Source of the DNA: an uncultured Oligoflexus sp.
GTDB lineage: Bacteria > Bdellovibrionota_B > Oligoflexia > Oligoflexales > Oligoflexaceae
Direction: 5' to 3'
NCBI GenBank assembly: GCA_964236955.1
Contig: CAXSGP010000101.1
Coordinates: 1 to 16,722, forward strand
DNA: 16,722 nucleotides
Each line of letters opens with the position of its first letter. Position 1 is the stretch's first letter. The position numbers were made by a program, and so were the translations under genes. Below are positions 15,285-16,722 of this stretch, in pieces. The notes beneath the pieces were generated by a model. It saw only the letters and a program-made list of their open reading frames with translations. It did no database searches and was not told the DNA's origin.

Positions 15285-16722
15285 ATGAAAGCACGGTTCG
15301 CGTCACTTTTAGCTGGAGTCGCTCTTTTCGCACTCAGCGGATCCTGCGTCCGATCGGAAGCATCTTTGCCCGGAAAATCGGAGTCGCTGTTTAAAAGCAA
15401 TCCTCCTTCCGAGAATCTATCATTCCGCGATACCGTGATGTCTCCAGAAAATCTCAGCTACTATAAAGATATAAAGCCCATAATGACCAAGAATTGTGTC
15501 GCCTGCCATGTGAAAGGGGGGCTTGCGCCTTTTGAATTGACAACCTATGAACAGGTGCAGAACCGAAGTCGAGCGATCCAATATGCGGTCGAAAGCCGAA
15601 TGATGCCGCCCTGGTCGGCTGATAAGGGGCATCAAGACTACCGAGATGATGTTTCTTTGAGTGACGAATCCATTGCCACGGTCAGCGCCTGGGTAAAAGC
15701 CGGATCCAAGATGGGGGAGGTAGGGGATTACCTCGCTCCCGAAGTGAAACCCAAGCAAACCTATGATACCGTGATTTCCGCGTTTCCAGAGGGAGTCACT
15801 TATTTGCCCGATCAGGAATGGACCGATGAATATCGCTGTTTTGTGATACCCATCAGTGAAGACCTCGCGAAAACACCTTGGGTGACAGGGTTTACAACGA
15901 TTCCCGGCAATGCCAAAATAATTCATCATCTTGTGGCTCACACCGTGGACCGTGATGTGCTTTGGGCCATCAATCAGATGGATGAAGACGAGGATGGCTT
16001 GGGGTACCGCTGTGCGGGCGGAGCTCTTCCGGATGGTATATCAGGTCTTGATGTGCAGGAAAAACTTGAGTCCATCCAGCCCGGTATAGTCAATCGATTG
16101 CTGAATGGCACCCACTGGTTATCGCATTGGGCACCGGGAATGGAAGACGGGGTGACGCTTCCCAAAGGCTTGGGACTAAAACTGCCAATCGGTAGCGCCC
16201 TGATACTCCAGATTCATTATTATACGGAAAATGCTCCAGGGGAGCGTGATCTGGGGACTAAGATAGCGATGAAATTGGCCAGCTCGGTTGAGAAGCCGGC
16301 TTTTTATTATCCACTTACCAATATGGACTGGTTGCTTGGATTGTTTAATAACAGCATGATCATCGACCCCTATAAGGAAGCGAGCTATCATGTTGAGGCG
16401 ACGTTCGATGAAATTGCTCAATTTGGTTTGGCTTCACTCGGGCTTGATAGAAAGTCTGTGAAGAATCTTGAGGCTCATTCCGCTAACATCCATATGCATA
16501 GTATCGGCAAGTCTGGTGTGGCGACGCTGGCGAAACTTGGGCAGGCAGAGGAGGAGACGCTGCTTAGTATCAGCTCATGGGATTTGCACTGGCAGCATGA
16601 TTATCAGTTTGTACGACCTAAAATCGTCCCAAAGGAAGATCTGGGGCTTTGGACGCGTAAACTCACTTGCCAATATTATAATTTTAATACTTTTCCTGTT
16701 TATGGAGGGCCGGCTAGTACTA
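15285..16722 (+). CDS. Lipoprotein: c-type cytochrome fused to a copper type II (PHM/DBH-like) monooxygenase, 3'-truncated
   Basis: Not in the ORF track because it has no stop in the window. AGGAG RBS; MKARFASLLAGVALFALSGS|C; CVACH (15495-15509), MMPPW, DEYRCF, IIHH (15924-15929), WAPG, LQIHY (His 16215), HMH (16491-16499), WDLHWQ..Y, LTCQY. Confidence 0.88.
   Translation, partial: MKARFASLLAGVALFALSGSCVRSEASLPGKSESLFKSNPPSENLSFRDTVMSPENLSYYKDIKPIMTKNCVACHVKGGLAPFELTTYEQVQNRSRAIQYAVESRMMPPWSADKGHQDYRDDVSLSDESIATVSAWVKAGSKMGEVGDYLAPEVKPKQTYDTVISAFPEGVTYLPDQEWTDEYRCFVIPISEDLAKTPWVTGFTTIPGNAKIIHHLVAHTVDRDVLWAINQMDEDEDGLGYRCAGGALPDGISGLDVQEKLESIQPGIVNRLLNGTHWLSHWAPGMEDGVTLPKGLGLKLPIGSALILQIHYYTENAPGERDLGTKIAMKLASSVEKPAFYYPLTNMDWLLGLFNNSMIIDPYKEASYHVEATFDEIAQFGLASLGLDRKSVKNLEAHSANIHMHSIGKSGVATLAKLGQAEEETLLSISSWDLHWQHDYQFVRPKIVPKEDLGLWTRKLTCQYYNFNTFPVYGGPAST

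Noticed and set aside
15420..16421. Minus-strand ORFs of 173, 63 and 81 aa
   Set aside because: These are antisense shadows of the plus-strand cytochrome c / copper monooxygenase gene.

Overview
A gene-dense bacterial chromosomal window. The gene style (mevalonate pathway, many orphan lipoproteins) suggests Bdellovibrionota/Oligoflexia, which is an inference. Left part: the 3' end of an RluA-family pseudouridine synthase with an atypical HFLD motif, a MazG-like nucleotide pyrophosphohydrolase and two small secreted hypotheticals. Next is a translationally coupled minus-strand mevalonate operon (class II HMG-CoA reductase, phosphomevalonate kinase, diphosphomevalonate decarboxylase, mevalonate kinase); HMG-CoA synthase and thiolase are not in the window. 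A divergent YceI-like lipoprotein follows, behind a plausible sigma54/IHF/enhancer promoter, then a type 2 IPP isomerase with an unusual ~85-aa N-terminal extra domain that may be a degenerate PilZ. Right part: a small secreted protein, an SDR/epimerase and a minus-strand two-gene unit. That unit encodes a large Ig-like/Cys-module/LRR lipoprotein and a lipoprotein homologous to the Phytophthora GP42 transglutaminase elicitor, and ends in a clear intrinsic terminator. The window closes with an orphan lipoprotein and a 3'-truncated lipoprotein, absent from the ORF track, that fuses a c-type cytochrome to a PHM/DBH-like copper monooxygenase. No mobile elements, RNA genes or CRISPR arrays were seen. 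All family calls come from motif recognition by eye, not from database searches.
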